A stretch of DNA of 64,000 nucleotides from assembly GCA_002269645.1 (NCBI GenBank), contig NIVC01001722.1, positions 160,072 through 224,071 on the forward strand. Direction: 5' to 3'. The DNA comes from Macrostomum lignano (Eukaryota). Below the pieces are notes generated by a model. That model saw only the letters and a list, made by a program, of their open reading frames with translations. It did no database searches and was not told the origin of the DNA. The position numbers and the translations under genes were made by a program. Positions 46,174 to 57,934 of this stretch are shown piece after piece (within the stretch, counting starts at the first letter, position 1; each line of letters opens with the position of its first letter).

Positions 46174-49100
46174 GATGACAGCACGCGGAGCAGCGATCGT
46201 CCTCCGCTTGAGCCGGCGGTCACTGCAGCCGAAGCGGCAGCATTTATCGGATCCTAGCAAAATAGAATATCTTTTCTGGCATCCCAAATCCCTATTGGCT
46301 TTCATAAACGCACAGTTCCCCGTTGGAAAGCCGAATACAAAGTTCGGCGTCAGCATTAGCTGGCTCGCATGTACGCACCATAAATGATGAGAGTGAAGCG
46401 TCTGAAGTAAAAAATGATGCATTATATTTTTAAATAATACCGAAGCGAAACAATCTTCTCAATTTCGAACATAATGGAGACAGTACGCAGGGGCAAAGTA
46501 GGAGATAGCCTGAAAGTGGTTGCCATGAAAGGGGTAGCCTGGAAGGGCTGCCTAGGAGGGGTAGACTGGAAGGAGTAGCCTGGAAGGGCTGCCTGGGAGG
46601 GGTAGACTGGAAGGGCTGCCTGGGAGGGGTAGAGTAGGAAAGGTATCCTGGGAGGGCTGCCTGGGAAGGGTAGCCTAGGAGGGGTAGAGTAGGAAAGGTA
46701 GCCTGGGAGGGGTAGAGTAGGAAAGGTAGCCTGGGAGGGGTAGCCTGGGATGGGTAGCCTGGGAAGGGTAGCCAGGAAGGATTGCCTGAGAGAGGGCCTG
46801 GGAAGGGTAGCCTGGGAGGGGTAGAGTAGGAAAGGTAGCCTGGGAGGGGTAGCCTGGGATGGGTAGCCTGGGAAGGGTAGCCAGGAAGGATTGCCTGAGA
46901 GAGGGCCTGGGAAGGGTAGCCTGGGAGGGGTACCTTGGGAAGGGTAGCCTGGGAAGGGTAGCCTGGGAAGGGTAGCCTGGGAAGGGTAGCCTGGGAAGGG
47001 TAGCCTGGGAAGGGTAGCCTGGGAAGGGTAGCCTGGGAAGGGTAGCCTGGGAGGGGTAGCCTAGGAAGGGTAGCCTGGGAAGGGTAGCCTGGGAGGGGTA
47101 GCCTAGGAAGGGTAGCCTGGGAAGGGTAGCCTAGGAAAGGTAGCCTGGGAAGGGTAGCCTGGGAAGGGTAGCCTGGGAAGGGTAGCCTGGGAAGGGTAGC
47201 CTGGGAAGGGTAGCCTGGGAAGGGTAGCCTGGGATGGGTAGCCTGGGAAGGGTAGCCTAGGAAGGGTAGCCTGGGAAGGGTAGCCTGGGAAGGGTAGCCT
47301 GGGAAGGGTAGCCTGGGAAGGGTAGCCTGGGAAGGGTAGCCTGGGAAGGGTAGCCTGGGAAGGGTAGCCTGGGAAGGGTAGCCTGGGAAGGGTAGCCTGG
47401 GAAGGGTAGCCTGGGAAGGGTAGCCTGGGAAGGGTAGCCTGGGAGGGGTAGAAAAGGAGGAAGCCTGAGGGGTTAAATAGGAGGGTGTAGCCTAGTAGGG
47501 CTGTCTGGCAAGGGTAGCAGCCTAGGAGAGGTTGAATCGGAAGGATAGCCTGGGAATGCTGCCTGGGAGGGGTAGAGTAGGAGGGGTAGCCTAGAGGGGC
47601 TGTCTGGGAGGGCTGCCTGGGAGGGGTAGCCTGGGAAGGCTGCCTTGATGGGTTTGACTAGGAGAGTTTGCCTGGGAAAGCTGCCTAGGAAAGATAGCCT
47701 AGGAAAGAAGGACTGCCTGGGAGGAATTAATGATTAAAGCAGCAAGTAAAAAGCATTCATAAAAATACAAACAGTACATGTGGAGTGCACGGGGTGCAGG
47801 GAGTGTAGGGGTGCAGGTGTGCAGGAGTCAAAGAAGTAGAATTCTGCTGGGGTTGGGGCTAGGATAGTGAAAGGGCCAGTGCTGGGGGGGGGGTCTAGGG
47901 CCAAGGCAAGGGCAGGAGCTAGGGTTGGGGCTAGGGCAGGGGCTAGAGCAGGGGCTGGGATGGGGTAGGGCTGGCGCTGAGATGGGGAAGGGCTGGCGGC
48001 TGGCGCTGGGGTGGGGTAGGGCTGGGGCTGGGGTGGGGTAGGGCTGGGGCTAGAGCAGGGGCTGGGATGGGGTAGGGCTGGCGCTGAGATGGGGTAGGGC
48101 TGGCGCTGGGGTGGGGTAGGGCTAGGGCTGGGGCTAGGGCTAGGGCCAGGGCAGGGGCTAGGGCTAGGGCTAGGGCAGGGGCAAGGGCCGGGGCTAGGGG
48201 TGGGTAGGGCTGGCGCTGGGCTAGGGCTAGGGCTAGGGCAGGGGCTAGGGCTGGGGCTAGGGCTAGGGCATAGGGTTGGGGCTAGGCCTAGGGGCTGTAG
48301 CTAGGATAGTGATAGGGCCAGAGCTGGGGCAGGGATAGCAAGCACTAGGGCTAAGACCAGGGCTAGGGGAGGAGCTAGGGCTGGGGCTAGGGTTAGGGCT
48401 AGAGTAGGGGCTGGGATAGAGTGGGATAGGGCTAGGGCTAGGATAGAGTAGGCTAGGGCTAGGGCTAGGCTGGGCTGGTGCTTGAGCTACCACACTAACT
48501 GGCTGTTGGGGCTGTGGTGTGGCTAGAGCTTGAGCTGGGGCTAGGCTAGGGCTTGAGCTCAAGCTAGGGCTAAGCTGGGGCTATTGCTAGGGTAGGGCTA
48601 GGCTAGGGCTATAGCCAAGCTAGTGCCAAGGCCAAGACTATTGTTAGAGTTTTGTCTAATGCTATGGCTATGGCTGCTAAAGTTAAGGCTGGGCTAAGTA
48701 GATCTAGGGCTAGGGTCAGGACTAGGGATGGGGCTAGGCTTATGATATAGTTTTTAGAGATATAGGGCCGCAACTATATATAATAGCTTGTAGTTTCTAC
48801 ATACCTAAACATTTTTTTAATAATAGAAACTGTAGCTATAAAAGCGAAAAGCCCAAATAAATTAACAGCCTATCCAGCTATGCTATTCCAATACTGTATC
48901 CAGCTATTATGTATGGTAGTATAGCTTTATACTACTACAGGGCTTTATAATTTATTAATAGTATAGCTTTATAATTGTAATACTCTATATATAGCTCTCT
49001 TTACATTAAGCACTGGATTTAGAATGTTGTACAGTGGCACAGTGCCAGACATATGGTCTATTGCTAGCATGCTACTAATTAAATACTATATAGCCATTGA

Positions 49101-49691
49101 TATCTCATATTGACGATAGCATCAATTTATAGAGTCAGTAGCTAGCTTGTTAATGTTAGTGCTTTCTAATTGTTTTTTTTTTGTTTTTACTGAGCTTGCT
49201 ATGCAAAAAAATTAAAAGAAGTTTTTTGGAAACATTTTGTATGCTTAGTATATAGTTCACTTCTACACAAAGTACAATCCAACTTCTATTTGCAATATAA
49301 TAGAATTTGCTATATAGCATGCCAGCGTGGGTTGGCAAACATTTTCGAAACAGAGTTTCGTAGAAATATACAATTCAAATTAGGAGAAAAAATTCGATTT
49401 AAACTTCTGTCATTTTAAGCGAATATCAAGCAAATATGCGTTTCGCTTCTTTCTGCATTGGCTCTTATATATTTAATTCATTTAGGCAAATATGATCTTT
49501 TTCCAGGCAACGTATACAAGAAAGATCAACAGAAGATCTTTTCCCAGGCTAGCCTGGAGATTTTTTGATCTTTTTCCCAGCCTAGCCTACTGCCGTCGGG
49601 TGAAACCACCGTGGTGAGGCTTTTAGCTTCCTGCTGACTCTTGAGCCCATAAGGCGCGCGGATGGGCACGCACTCGTCAGCTCGTCGCCTC

Positions 49692-49755
<64 letters not shown>

Positions 49756-50184
49756 GAAGAAGAAGAAGAAGAAAAGAAGAAGAAGAAGAATAATACTAAT
49801 AAGAAAAACAAAATTATAATAAAAAACAATTGATTATACCTGCCTTAATGGACAGATGTGCAACCGACAGCTCGCTCGATCAGCCACCGCTATTTTCGCG
49901 GCGCATCTGAAGGCTTTCAGATGCTAATTCGGTAACTCGATCGTCGATGCTGGGTACTGTACTCGCGGACACCCCCGGGTTAGACTGCTCGGTGCTCGAT
50001 GCTCGGAATGAAATGACTGAACCAATTACGATCGCCCAACCCGGGCTGTACCTCAACAGTTTATTTTCTGCGTAATACTGCAGGCCTGCTGGAGACCCCA
50101 CCAATTGATTTAGCCTTTCCCCGGATTGCGACATCTGCCTGTCGAGTGACATCAAGTTATTAGAAGACAATATCTTCGCCGTCA
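46174..50184 (-). repeat. Right arm of the large inverted repeat
   Basis: Reverse complement of 36958-40987; carries about 300 bp (about 47677-47985) absent from the left arm. Confidence 0.95.
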
Positions 50185-51263
50185 ACAGTTATTTAGAACT
50201 CATAGATCTTATATATATTCTCTGATAGGCCACTCCCAATGCATTCAATTCAGTAGCAGCAGTTCTTCACACTATAGCTTCATTATTGCTGAAACTTTCT
50301 GATTTTTATCGTTTCTTGTATATTTCGTTTACATTTTCAACTGTTTTGTTTGAATAACGATTTTTCATTCGCTCATCCTCATGGTTCAAGTGAAAATACA
50401 CATCATTTGCAAGAATTATACAAAAAAATGAAAATAGCTATAAATATGCCTTGATACGCGCATAAGCTACTGACCTGATACGTGGTCGCTAAATTTTCCA
50501 AGAAATACAAAGGCTCTATGGGCGCGCCATAGGCGTAAGAACGGGGGGGACAGTAGGGCCATGGCCCCCCCACTTTTTAAAGTTGTAGGGCCAGTATGGT
50601 ATCTGCATGTGGCCCCTCCACATTTTAAATGCAAATTATGTAGACTTTTTGCCTATTTTTTACTCTTCTTTCTGGTTTTGCTGCTTCGCATGAATGCATT
50701 TTGCTGCAGGACGACAAAACATGCGCCAAAATGAGTACCTGCAGCGCCAAAATGAGTGCCTGCGGCGCCAAAATGAGTGCTGACAACACCGATTCTGAAA
50801 GTAATCGGTACATGATAATGTGCATTTCCCATGTAAAAAATAAAAAAATCTTACTCGACGGGGGAGGGGCCGGGGGGCGTGCGCCTGTGGAAAGCCGATT
50901 TTGAGAGAGCTGGATTGGTGAGCCAGGTCGCGGATTAGCTTAATCTCCGGATTAGCTGATGTCTGCTTTTGAAATTCTCGCCGTCTTTTCTTAGCTACCG
51001 CGGGACCTTCGGCTGCTCGCCATATCTATGCTACCCTTGAGGATCACCATCTGACGGAACTGGGAGGCCAGAGCATTAGGTGATCGATTTCTATGCTCTC
51101 AGGTCCGACAAGTTTCCATTCAAGAGCTTAAGAAGGCCGAACCCATCAATTTATTGGTGATGCTGAGGCTGGAGGTTAAAGAATTAAGCAGAAGAATGGG
51201 ATGGAGAGTAGCATTCTTATGCTGATGCTGAAGGTTGACTAAAAATTACCATGCAGTATTTAT

Positions 51264-52556
51264 TAGGGGTGTTCGGGTCGGCCATTTTTTCGGGGTTCGG
51301 GGTTTACCCCGAACCCGGTACCCCTACCCCGAACCCCGAACCCCGTCCCGAACATTTCTTCCAACCCCGAACCCCGAACCCGGTACCAAAACCCGACCCG
51401 ACCCCGAACGTAACCCCGAACATTTTCACGCTTATTTTGGTCAATCATTTTAATAAATTCAGTTTTCAGTTTTCAATTTTTCAGTTTTCAGTTTTGAATT
51501 TCAGTTTTAAATTCAGTTTTATATATTGAGATGTGCCTTAACAGCTTCAACCACTTAGCCTTGTGGTTTTATTTCCCTTAGCTACTCTACAACTAGGAAA
51601 AGAAATATGAAACACTTCTTGCAATGGGATTGGGATTGAGATGGAAGGAATACCAAGACCCAAGATCTAATAGTAAGATACATGAAAGGTCACAACTAAA
51701 ATCAGGACCATTTCGTACCTATACTTACAACGAAATTGCTTTCATAGTAATATTACATCTATGAGTTTATTTAAGCTGCAAAAATAGAGTACAATAAAAT
51801 TAGATTATACCCTGTAGTGTAGATATCAGTAGAGATAGAACTAGAGCGATAAAGAGATAGCACAGATAAAACAATGATGCAATGAAACAGGAGAGTTAAT
51901 CACAAATATATATTTATTTTTACTTTTGATTACAGTTAACAGTAAGTCAGTAGTGGTATAACAGAATTGCTATGTAAAAACTAAAGTGACGTCTTTACAT
52001 AAAATTGTATGCTGATATGAGTAGGTAATCATTGTGATAATTGATTATTGGCGACTGATGCGTGGAGAATAATAGTGTATTTATAAATTTTTAGCTTCCT
52101 CATCCAATCCAGAAGTTCAGACCATGTTACACGTAGCACATGTAAAATTATTACTGAACGTAATTTTTTAAATCATCAACTGCAAGACTGAATGGGTCGA
52201 AAAACGACAATCGTTATTTACCAGAAAGTGTAAATGAATCCATGGTTCTATCTGCTATTTCTGTTTCAAATTGTATGTAAAATATAACTTAAGTTGTACC
52301 TGAAACTCAATGCATATCTTTCGCATTGTGGATTTTGCATAAGGAGTAAAAAAGTGCTTGAAAATACTCTTGAGAATGATATTGTTCAAAACCCCGAAAA
52401 CCCCGAAAACCCGGTGGCCAAACCCGACCCGAACCCCGAACCCGGTACCCCTACCCCGAACCCCGAACCCGACCCGGAACACCTACCCCGAACCCCGAAC
52501 CCGGTACCAAAACCCGACCCGAAACCCGACCCGACCCCGAACCCCGAACACCCCTA
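51264..52556. mobile_element. Non-autonomous hAT transposon, 1293 bp
   Basis: TIR TAGGGGTGTTCGGG / CCCGAACACCCCTA, 8-bp TSD GTATTTAT at 51256-51263 and 52557-52564, dense subterminal CCCGAA/ACCCG motifs, AT-rich non-coding interior. Confidence 0.9.
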
Positions 52557-54191
52557 GTATTTATGCTATTTATTCTGATAAAAAATTTGCTGACCCAGTC
52601 TGGGAAAAGTTTACAAATTGCAATAATAATAATTAATAATGGCCTGGGCTTTTGATCATGCCGATGCCTAGGTGTGCAGATATCTAATTATTGATATAAA
52701 AATAGTGAGCATACCCCATGCAGACGCCTCGTGGGACATAGCTGGATTTAAAATTAAATGGAAGTGACGCTCTTCAAATGCTGCAGCGCATAATAAACCG
52801 TTTTAGACCAATGACTATACTGCCTGGCTGAAAGTGTAATTACCGTATAATTGGCCTGCCTATTTTATTGCAGGCTATACATTTTTTATGTCCGATAAGA
52901 ACACGCATACGAAATTGATTTTTCAGTCTAAGAGCAAGTCCCGTTAAATAGCTTATCTAATTGGCTAGCCTGCGGCATGCCCTTATGACTTTTATCTTGG
53001 AGATAAGATTGCGCTAGACTATACGCAATCGATGAACACTTATATTTTGTCGGCTTCTTCTCGTGAAATCCTGATTTTGTCGAAAGCTGCTACTGCAGTC
53101 TGCAAATTCACTACTAATAGTAAGTAGGACGTCTCTCCTTTTTATTCTTAATTGAGAAGTCTTGACATTCGACATTACATTTGAGATCACTGCTTGAGAG
53201 CTATCTATCCGAGCTGCCTCTTAGCGACTGAAAATAGGGGCCCCACTGACAAATTTTTCCAGGAAGCGGGAAGCCATGCTAATTATGAGCAGGTGCGCCA
53301 ATTGCGCGCGGTCAGTTGTCTCCTACGAGTATATTCGCAATCGAGTGGTTGGTTTCACTTGTGTATGTATCAACTAGATTTATTAATCATAGTAGATTGA
53401 TTTATTAATCATAGCACTTCACAAAAATTATGAAAGAAAATTAATTTAGTTCAATATAAGGTGCAAAACTGCAAACCTTCAATCAACCCTTTGAAACAAT
53501 AAAATTATTTATGATTATATTTAAAAAATACATTCAAATAAATATAAATTAATAAATAGGTACAAGCAACAATTGAAACTAATTGATATTAATTCATAAC
53601 GAGGCTACTTAATTAATCGAAGAATCATCAGTGGCGGCGCAGGCGGGGGGCTGTGGGGGCTGCGCCCCCGTGTGACCACCCTCCCAATCCCAACCCCTGG
53701 GGGAACATTTAAAGATTTAACAACACTAAAAAAACAATGTTAAAACATGCTGCATCGCGTCAAATAATGCATGCCAAACAAAAAATAAGCCGCCAGGTGC
53801 GATAGAAATTTAATTTTTTTATTTTAGTTGAGATGTACATTCGAATTCGAACTGTACTGACTTCAGGTTTATAAAAGTACTTTCACTTCTGTATGAAATA
53901 TTCGAATTTAAATGTTGAAACTTAAGTTAAGAGGATAGTAACGTAGTACGATCTTAACGAGAATTTTCTGGATAGCCTCAGGGAAAAATTCAGCTATGAA
54001 GTAATGTCGGATACTTCAAAGGGTTGGAATATTGTCACGCCTACAAATAAAAAATAAAGCTGAGGACTAACCGAAAAGGACAAAAACAGTCATGACTCAT
54101 AAAGTATATGCTTACTTCGCCGGTACAGTTTAAATTCTTGATTCATTGTCTGTGAAATATTTTCAGGAATTCTTGTTCTTCAATGCTTCAA

Positions 54192-55370
54192 TTAATGTTG
54201 GCGAAAGGCCACCAACGGAGGTGGCGGCAAGACTTCAAAGTAGCCCACTTGGCGAACGGAGCCAAGCCGACGCGTGAGGAAGCGACGCCGTTTTGCGGCG
54301 GGACTCGTGCTGCTTCTGCTGCTGTTGCTTCTGCTGCAGTCGCGCTGGCGCTGCTGAGCAATCACAGGCGCGCGCCGAGAAGCAGTAGAGCGAGTAGGCG
54401 TAGGGCAGGTCGTTGCGTTGAATAGTACCGGTGGCGGCGACCTTCTACTAGCGTGCTGCTGACTCTGCTGAAGGCGTGGACTGCGGCTGCGCGATCGGCT
54501 GGCGATGCGGCTGACCGCCCGGCCGACCAGACGCAAGGCCCGCTGACCAAACGAGGCGCTGCGACTTCGGTTACTGCAGGCTTCCTGTTGTTGCTGTTGT
54601 TGGATCGGCTCAGTCCACGGCTCAACCCACGGCTCCAGTCGCTCGATCCAATTAGTAGGATAAGAGCCGATTTCGTGAGCGAAATCTATTAGCAGGGTCG
54701 ATATGCCATTGATGCGACCCAACAGCTCCATCGTAGCGTCCATAGGCTGAATGAGGCTGGGGCCGAGACAGGCACCCAGATTCGGCGCTGGCATACGATT
54801 GATTTGGCTGTGCGAAGAAACACGCTTCAGAAACAGGCAGAGATAGCGCATGGCTGTAAGTTGGCTACTCGGCAATAGCAGACAGCCGAGGCGAAGAATC
54901 TTGACTTGCTTCTCCAGGGTTCGCCTGTTTGTTGCCTGTAGCAAAATCTTGGACAATTCACGAGGTACAAGGGGCTCTGGAAGCTCTCTCAGCCAGGCTT
55001 TTAGCACCGAACAGACATCGTGAACTGGAGTAGCATCTAGTATAGGCAGTCCCTTGTCCAGCCGCAGTCTTAAATCTCTCTGACGCACCTTCGAGCCTTC
55101 AATTCGAAACAATCCTTCGACTTGTAGATGATCGCTGATAAAGGAACAGCAGGCAACGAGGACAGTCGGGACTTTACCTATTCCCTCAATCTCGGTGGAT
55201 GCCTGCTGCAGCAGAGGTCGTCCAAAGCATTGTGTACTTCGTTCTGTGTAAGCTGGTAGTCTGGCCTTGGGTAGCTGGATGCCTAGCTGAAGCAATTCTT
55301 TAACGGCAAGAGCGCAGACCTGCCGCTGCTTTGCTTCGCTGAGTTTTTCGCAGTAAGTTGTGCCAGACAT
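54192..55370 (-). CDS. ARHGAP11: Rho GTPase-activating protein, ARHGAP11-like, single exon, 392 aa
   Basis: RhoGAP domain: FGRPL..VPTVLVACCSFI..VEGLFRIEGS (arginine finger), VHDVCSVLKAWLRELPEPLVP, LRYLCLFLKRVS..NRMPAPNLGACLGPSL. The N-terminal domain position and motifs recall ARHGAP11A; subfamily call is from memory. Confidence 0.85.
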   Translation of the reverse strand: MSGTTYCEKLSEAKQRQVCALAVKELLQLGIQLPKARLPAYTERSTQCFGRPLLQQASTEIEGIGKVPTVLVACCSFISDHLQVEGLFRIEGSKVRQRDLRLRLDKGLPILDATPVHDVCSVLKAWLRELPEPLVPRELSKILLQATNRRTLEKQVKILRLGCLLLPSSQLTAMRYLCLFLKRVSSHSQINRMPAPNLGACLGPSLIQPMDATMELLGRINGISTLLIDFAHEIGSYPTNWIERLEPWVEPWTEPIQQQQQQEACSNRSRSASFGQRALRLVGRAVSRIASRSRSRSPRLQQSQQHASRRSPPPVLFNATTCPTPTRSTASRRAPVIAQQRQRDCSRSNSSRSSTSPAAKRRRFLTRRLGSVRQVGYFEVLPPPPLVAFRQH

Positions 55371-56236
55371 TTCTCATGCTTTGTCTAAACTAGGATTGAG
55401 AGATTTTTTAATCCTTCGGGTGACTTTAAGAAGGGGGTGACTTTGAGCCAATCCAAAGAGGCGAAACCGGCTCCACCAATCCGGGCCGGGCTCGATTGTC
55501 AGACACCCCTTCCCTCCAGCCAGCCCTAGGGATGGGTTTTTATTCAATCGTAAACAAGGCCTGGCCCACCCAGCAAACAGCAGCTCTCCCCGCCGCCAGA
55601 CAGCCGCCTAAACTTATATTGGTCTTCACACGGGTTTTAATGCGAGATTAAGTAGGCCAGGACCCGGCTTTAAGTTCAGACTATTGTTGCGGCTGGACTG
55701 AAGAGTACTGTATTTTGTAAACAGCTTTATAGACAGCCAGATAGCAACGGCTGGCAATGTAATCTGGGTCTTATGCCAACTATCTTCGCTTTAATTAAAT
55801 CAAAGCTTGAATTTAAACTGAAATTCCTGTCCAGCCCCTGTCTGTGAGTCTATAGTAGGGAATAAAAATACCGGACTTTGCTGAAACCCGGAATTTTGCC
55901 AATACCAGTATTAAATACCGGTTGGGAAGGCAAAGTTCTTGTAAGGATTAGCCTTTAGTTTTTTCTAAAAAAAAAAAAATAAAAACCTGTAACGGGACTT
56001 TTTCCTTTTGTCAAATTTGTTCAAAATTTATTCATTAGGTTTAAACTTTAAATTACAATTTTTACTTTTATTGTTTTCTTGCTTGCTTTGTTTAACTTGT
56101 GCTGTACAGAGTTTTACGTTTTACATAAGACAAATGGGCAGCGGTGGTAAACACTAATTTGGGGGATTTTTGTAAAAAAACGATACCCCACTTTGCGAGA
56201 CCGAGAGACCGATCCCGCCCAGCGCTATTAACAGTA

Positions 56237-57934
56237 GAACTACCAAGAGGGGGGGAAATTCCCCCCCCCCTGACAATTTTTTTCGCTGCGCCAGAACGGA
56301 GCAACGCAAGCACACGAAATTTAAGAAAACGGGCTAACTTTTTGTAGCGCACCTTCTCAAACAAGAATCAAGTCGCCAGCCCTTCGGACCGTCGAGATAT
56401 TCGACGATTCTGCCAGAAGGTCGGATTTTTCCCATATGTGCTTTGTATTCAGTACATCCCTGTGCGCCAATCAGCACTGCGCCTCAGTGCAGCCTTGCCA
56501 AGTCTCCAAATTTCATCAGCACGTCGAACACATGTGTCTGCATCAGTTCTGACTTCGTTGGTCACTAGCCTTCACCCAAGTGGAGCTTCTGGACCCTCAA
56601 CAGCTGTGGCACCAGGTGACTATAGACACCCTGATGCGGATTTCTCTAGTTTCGCCGATCAAGCCTCGAAAGTGGGCAAGAATCAACCGCCAGAAATTCT
56701 CAGCTAGTCTCTCAAGCATTCCGTCATCATCCCGACGCCGTCGGCTCCTTCAACAGATTACACCAGGTGACTATGGACAGCCTGTTGCAAATATGTCAGG
56801 TTTTTCTTATCAAGCTTCAATAATGAGCAAACCTAAACTGCTGGACATCCTCAGCTAGTCAGTCAAGCATTCAGCCATCACCCGGACGCCGTCGGCACCT
56901 TCAACAGGTGGCACCAGGCGAGTAAGGACACCTGAGCGTGATTTTTCATCATGCTCTTAACATTTCTGAATCATTAAAAAATGAAAAAACCGATTGAATT
57001 TACTGGATTCTTAAAAGCATAACCCTTTCTGGATAAGAATTCGGTTCAATTATTATAGTTGAATAAACTAAACAGCTTTTCGAATAAAATTTGTATGTAG
57101 CTCGTATGCATAAAAGTATGTGTAATAATAATATAAATGTACAGCAACATAAGTTCAAGCTTAACTATAGCAATGTCCGTGCTTTAAAAATTTTGAGAGC
57201 TTCAGAAATGTTAAGAGCATGATGAAAAATCACGCTCAGGTGTCCTTACTCCCCTAGTGCCACCTGTTGAAGGTGCCGACGGCATCGGGGTGATGGCTGA
57301 ATGCTTGACTGACTAGCTGAGGATGTCTGGCAGTTGATTTTTGCCCACTGTCGAGGCTTGATCGGCGAAACTAGAGAAATTCTTATCAGGCTGTCCATAG
57401 TCACCTGGTGTAATCTGTTGAAGGAGCCGACGGCGTCGGGATGATGACGGAATGCTTGAGAGACTAGCTGAGAATTTCTGGCGGTTGATTCTTGCCCACT
57501 TTCGAGGCTTGATCGGCGAAACTAGAGAAATCCGCATCAGGGTGTCTATAGTCACCTGGTGCCACAGCTGTTGAGGGTCCAGAAGCTCCACTTGGGTGAA
57601 GGCTAGTGACCAACGAAGTCAGAACTGATGCAGACACATGTGTTCGACGTGCTGATGAAATTTGGAGACTTGGCAAGGCTGCACTGAGGCGCAGTGCTGA
57701 TTGGCGCACAGGGATGTACTGAATACACTAGCACTTATGGAAAAATCCGACCTTCTGGCAGAATTGTCGAATATCTCGACGGTCCGAAGGGCTGGCGACT
57801 TGATTCTTGTTTGAGAAGGTGCGCAACAAAAAGTTAGCCCGTGTTCTTAAATTTCGTGTGCTTGCGTTGCTCCGTTCTGGCGCAGCGAAAAAAATTGTCA
57901 GGGGGGGGGGAATTTCCCCCCCTCTTGGTAGTTC
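56237..57934. repeat. 1.7-kb inverted repeat: 734-bp arms (56237-56970, 57201-57934) and 230-bp AT-rich loop
   Basis: Arms are near-perfect reverse complements (mirrored ORFs 56580/57591, 56438/57709); each has about 2.3 tandem 151-bp units (ACCAGG at 56611, 56762, 56913). Confidence 0.9.

Larger units (their letters stand above)
36958..50184. mobile_element. Foldback-like element or inverted segmental duplication: about 4-kb inverted arms around a 5.2-kb spacer
   Basis: 36958-40987 is the reverse complement of 46174-50184 (mirrored ORF pairs 36957/50185, 37788/49338, 38565/48562, 40424/46422). ACA flanks both ends. Arms contain (TTC/TTA)n, CCCTAG-like, 14-bp and 63-bp repeats. No transposase recognised. 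Confidence 0.7.

Noticed and set aside
36958-50184. Assembly chimera (missed adapter) as the cause of the large inverted repeat
   Set aside because: The 5.2-kb unique spacer, substitutions, a 300-bp indel and different repeat counts between arms are not expected from a read fold-back; spanning reads are still needed to exclude it fully.
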